From contig JBIOZG010000012.1 of NCBI GenBank assembly GCA_044870765.1, positions 32,001-96,000 on the forward strand: 64,000 bases of DNA. The letters run 5' to 3'. Below the pieces are notes generated by a model that searched no databases, was not told the DNA's origin, and was given only the letters and a program-made list of their open reading frames with translations. This document shows positions 61,806 to 64,000 of this stretch, one piece after another; the first letter of the stretch is position 1, and the number at the start of each line of letters is the position of its first letter. The stretch comes from Nitrososphaeraceae archaeon. GTDB taxonomy: Archaea > Thermoproteota > Nitrososphaeria > Nitrososphaerales > Nitrososphaeraceae. Position numbers and translations under genes: made by a program.

Positions 61806-64000
61806 AACTATAAAGAAAGCATTAGTACTGGGCAGTGGAGCAATAAAAATCGGAGAAGCAGGCGAATGTCAGAAGTTCTGACCGCCAATTTGACTATTCC
61901 GGTTCACAATGCCTCAAAGCCTTATCCGAAGAAGGAATCAAGACAGTACTGGTAAATCCCAACATAGCTACTATTCAAACGGACACTAGATTCGCAAATA
62001 AGGTATATCTGTTACCAGTTAATGTATATTATATACAACAAATAATAGAAAAGGAACTTCCGGATTCAATTATGCTTGGTTTTGGTGGTCAAACTGCATT
62101 AAATTGTGGAGTGTCTTTGCACGATGATGGGATCCTAGATAAGTACAAGATACGAGTGTTGGGAACTCCCGTGAATAGCATAAAGATAACCGAAGATAGA
62201 GAACAGTTTAAAACTGCTATGATAAAGAGTAACGTTCCTGTACTAGAGAGCGCACCGGCTTATAATTTGGAAGAGGCGCTAGGAGTCGCTGGCAAGATAG
62301 GGTATCCGGTAATAATAAGGGTAGCGTACACTCTTGGTGGTAAAGGGGGAGGAGTTGCGCATAACGAATACGAATTGCAAGAAATAGTGCAACGAGGACT
62401 TTCTTTAAGTCTAGTAAATCAAGTCCTTATTGAGAAATATATTGGGAGTTGGAAACAGATAGAATATGAAATGATGAGAGACTCAACAGGCAACACCATT
62501 GCAATTTGTAATATGGAAAACGTTTTAGGAATGAGGGTACATACAGGAGACAATATTGTAATTGCGCCATCGCAGACTATCAATAATGAAGAATATCATA
62601 GATTACGTTCTGCAGCCATTAGAGCAGTGGAATATTGCGGTATAATAGGAGAATGCAATATTCAGTTTGGTCTGGATCCCTTAAGTGAATCCTATTGTGC
62701 AATAGAAATAAATGCCAGGCTTTCAAGGTCCTCGGCTTTGGCGAGCAAGGCGACAGGGTATCCATTGGCATACATGGCAGCAAAAATGGGCCTGGGTTAC
62801 TCTCTTACAGAACTTGTTAATAGTATAACTAAGGCTACCACAGCATGCTTTGAACCTTCTTTGGATTATGTGGTGCTAAAAATGCCTAGATGGGATTTCA
62901 GGAAATTTGAATTGGTTAACAGAAGGATTGGTACTAGTATGAAGTCAGTAGGCGAAGTAATGGCAATCGGTAGAACCTTTGAGGAAGTTCTACAAAAAGC
63001 TATTAGAATGAACGATGGCGGAAAAATAGGTTTGGTTGGAAACGAAGAAAATTCAAAGGAAGAATTAGAATTAGTTGAACAAAAATTGCTGTATCCAAGT
63101 GATGAAATCTTATTCGATGTTGTTAGGGCAATGAGATTGGGAATTCCCGTAACTCGAATTAGTAAACTTTCCACAATAGATTCATGGTTCTTGGAAAAAA
63201 TCAAAAATATTGTGGAGTTATACGATAAATTACATCTGGTAGATGTGTCTGAGATTTCTGAGAATTTATTGCGAGAGGCGAAAAAATATGGATTTTCCGA
63301 TTTACAAATAGGTAAGTGTTTAGGCTTGAAAGAGTTAAGTGCAAGAAAATTGAGACAAAAGTTTGGTATCAATCCAGTCGTAAAGCAGATAGATACTCTA
63401 GCTGCAGAATGGCCTGCGAAAACCAATTACCTGTATTTGACATATGGGGGAGACAAAGATGATATTGTTTTTAGGAAAGAGAAAAATTCCGTAATTGTAC
63501 TTGGTGCAGGACCTTACAGGATAGGTAGTAGTGTAGAGTTTGATTGGGGTACAGTCAACATGGTGTGGGGTCTAAAGAATAATGGCATAAAATCTGTATC
63601 AGTTATTAACTGTAATCCAGAGACAGTGTCTACTGATTACGATATATCCGATAGATTATATTTTGAAGAATTATCATTAGAAAGGATTCTAGATATATAT
63701 GAAAAAGAACGACCAAAGGGAATAGTCACATGTGTTGGAGGTCAGACAGCAAATAATCTTGTTCCTAAATTAGGACAACTAAATATAAACATTATTGGTA
63801 CTGATAGTGTCCATACTGATATGGCCGAAGACAGAGAAAAGTTTAGCAAGTTACTTGACTCATTAAATATAAAACAGCCTCCTTGGAATAAATTTACAGA
63901 TTTAAGTGGAGCAAAGATTTTTTCTCAAAAGGTCGGTTTCCCTGTGTTAGTAAGACCTTCATACGTACTGAGTGGTGCGGCTATGAAGGTGATTTGGAAT
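61792..64000 (+). CDS. carB: Carbamoyl-phosphate synthase large subunit, 5' part, in two segments (61792-61866 and 61889->64000)
   Basis: Segment 1 (F)PKNETIKKALVLGSGAIKIGEAGE; segment 2 FDYSGSQCLKALSEEG...NPNIATIQTD...GGQTALN...TEDR...YTLGGKGGG...GSSVEFDW...RPSYVLSG, apparently open to the window edge. Confidence 0.93.
61867..61888 (+). other. Candidate bulge-helix-bulge pre-mRNA intron, 22 nt (TGTCAGAAGTTCTGACCGCCAA)
   Basis: Central helix GGCG(61861-64)/CGCC(61883-86), 3-nt bulges AAT(61865-67) and AAT(61887-89), inner hairpin GTCAGA-AGT-TCTGAC; removal gives GGC GAA TTT GAC = G-E-F-D. Confidence 0.85.

Noticed and set aside
61865-61889. carB insertion as a transposon footprint with an AAT target duplication, making carB a pseudogene
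   Set aside because: Disfavoured but not excluded. The insert's CGCC pairs with exon GGCG in exact BHB register, and the rest of carB and all of carA look intact.
61866-61955. ATG at the intron boundary (MSEVLTANL...) as an alternative carB start
   Set aside because: It is in the third frame and stops after about 29 codons, so it cannot produce CarB.
62866-63426. 186-aa minus-strand ORF
   Set aside because: Antisense shadow of carB with no motif.
1-64000. CRISPR arrays, IS elements, integrases, proviral genes
   Set aside because: No spaced direct repeats and no transposase, integrase or capsid-like ORFs seen by eye.

Overview
AT-rich archaeal chromosomal window. The gene content points to a soil-type ammonia-oxidising archaeon (Nitrososphaerota, probably Nitrososphaeraceae; this assignment is inference): TBP, TFB, Rpo6, GatE, proteasome beta, FBP aldolase/phosphatase, PurP, CofG/H, grpE-dnaK-dnaJ and frequent TTG starts. 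It holds mostly housekeeping genes, a free-standing 5S rRNA and a few accessory genes. I saw no CRISPR array, tRNA or transposase. The main observation is that carB (carbamoyl-phosphate synthase large subunit) is split inside its conserved GEAGE|FDYSG motif by a 22-nt insertion (61867-61888). The insertion folds into a bulge-helix-bulge (BHB) motif, and cutting at the canonical splicing-endonuclease positions restores the reading frame exactly, so it is a candidate archaeal pre-mRNA intron. The same gene has no ATG/GTG/TTG start, only TTT behind a strong Shine-Dalgarno. Other points are four small ORFs missed by the ORF track (Zn-ribbon, Cys-rich and two membrane peptides), a stand-alone GHKL ATPase, a probably non-catalytic proteasome beta subunit, an amber codon at the expected C-terminal Trp of ChaB and a frameshifted SWIM gene start.
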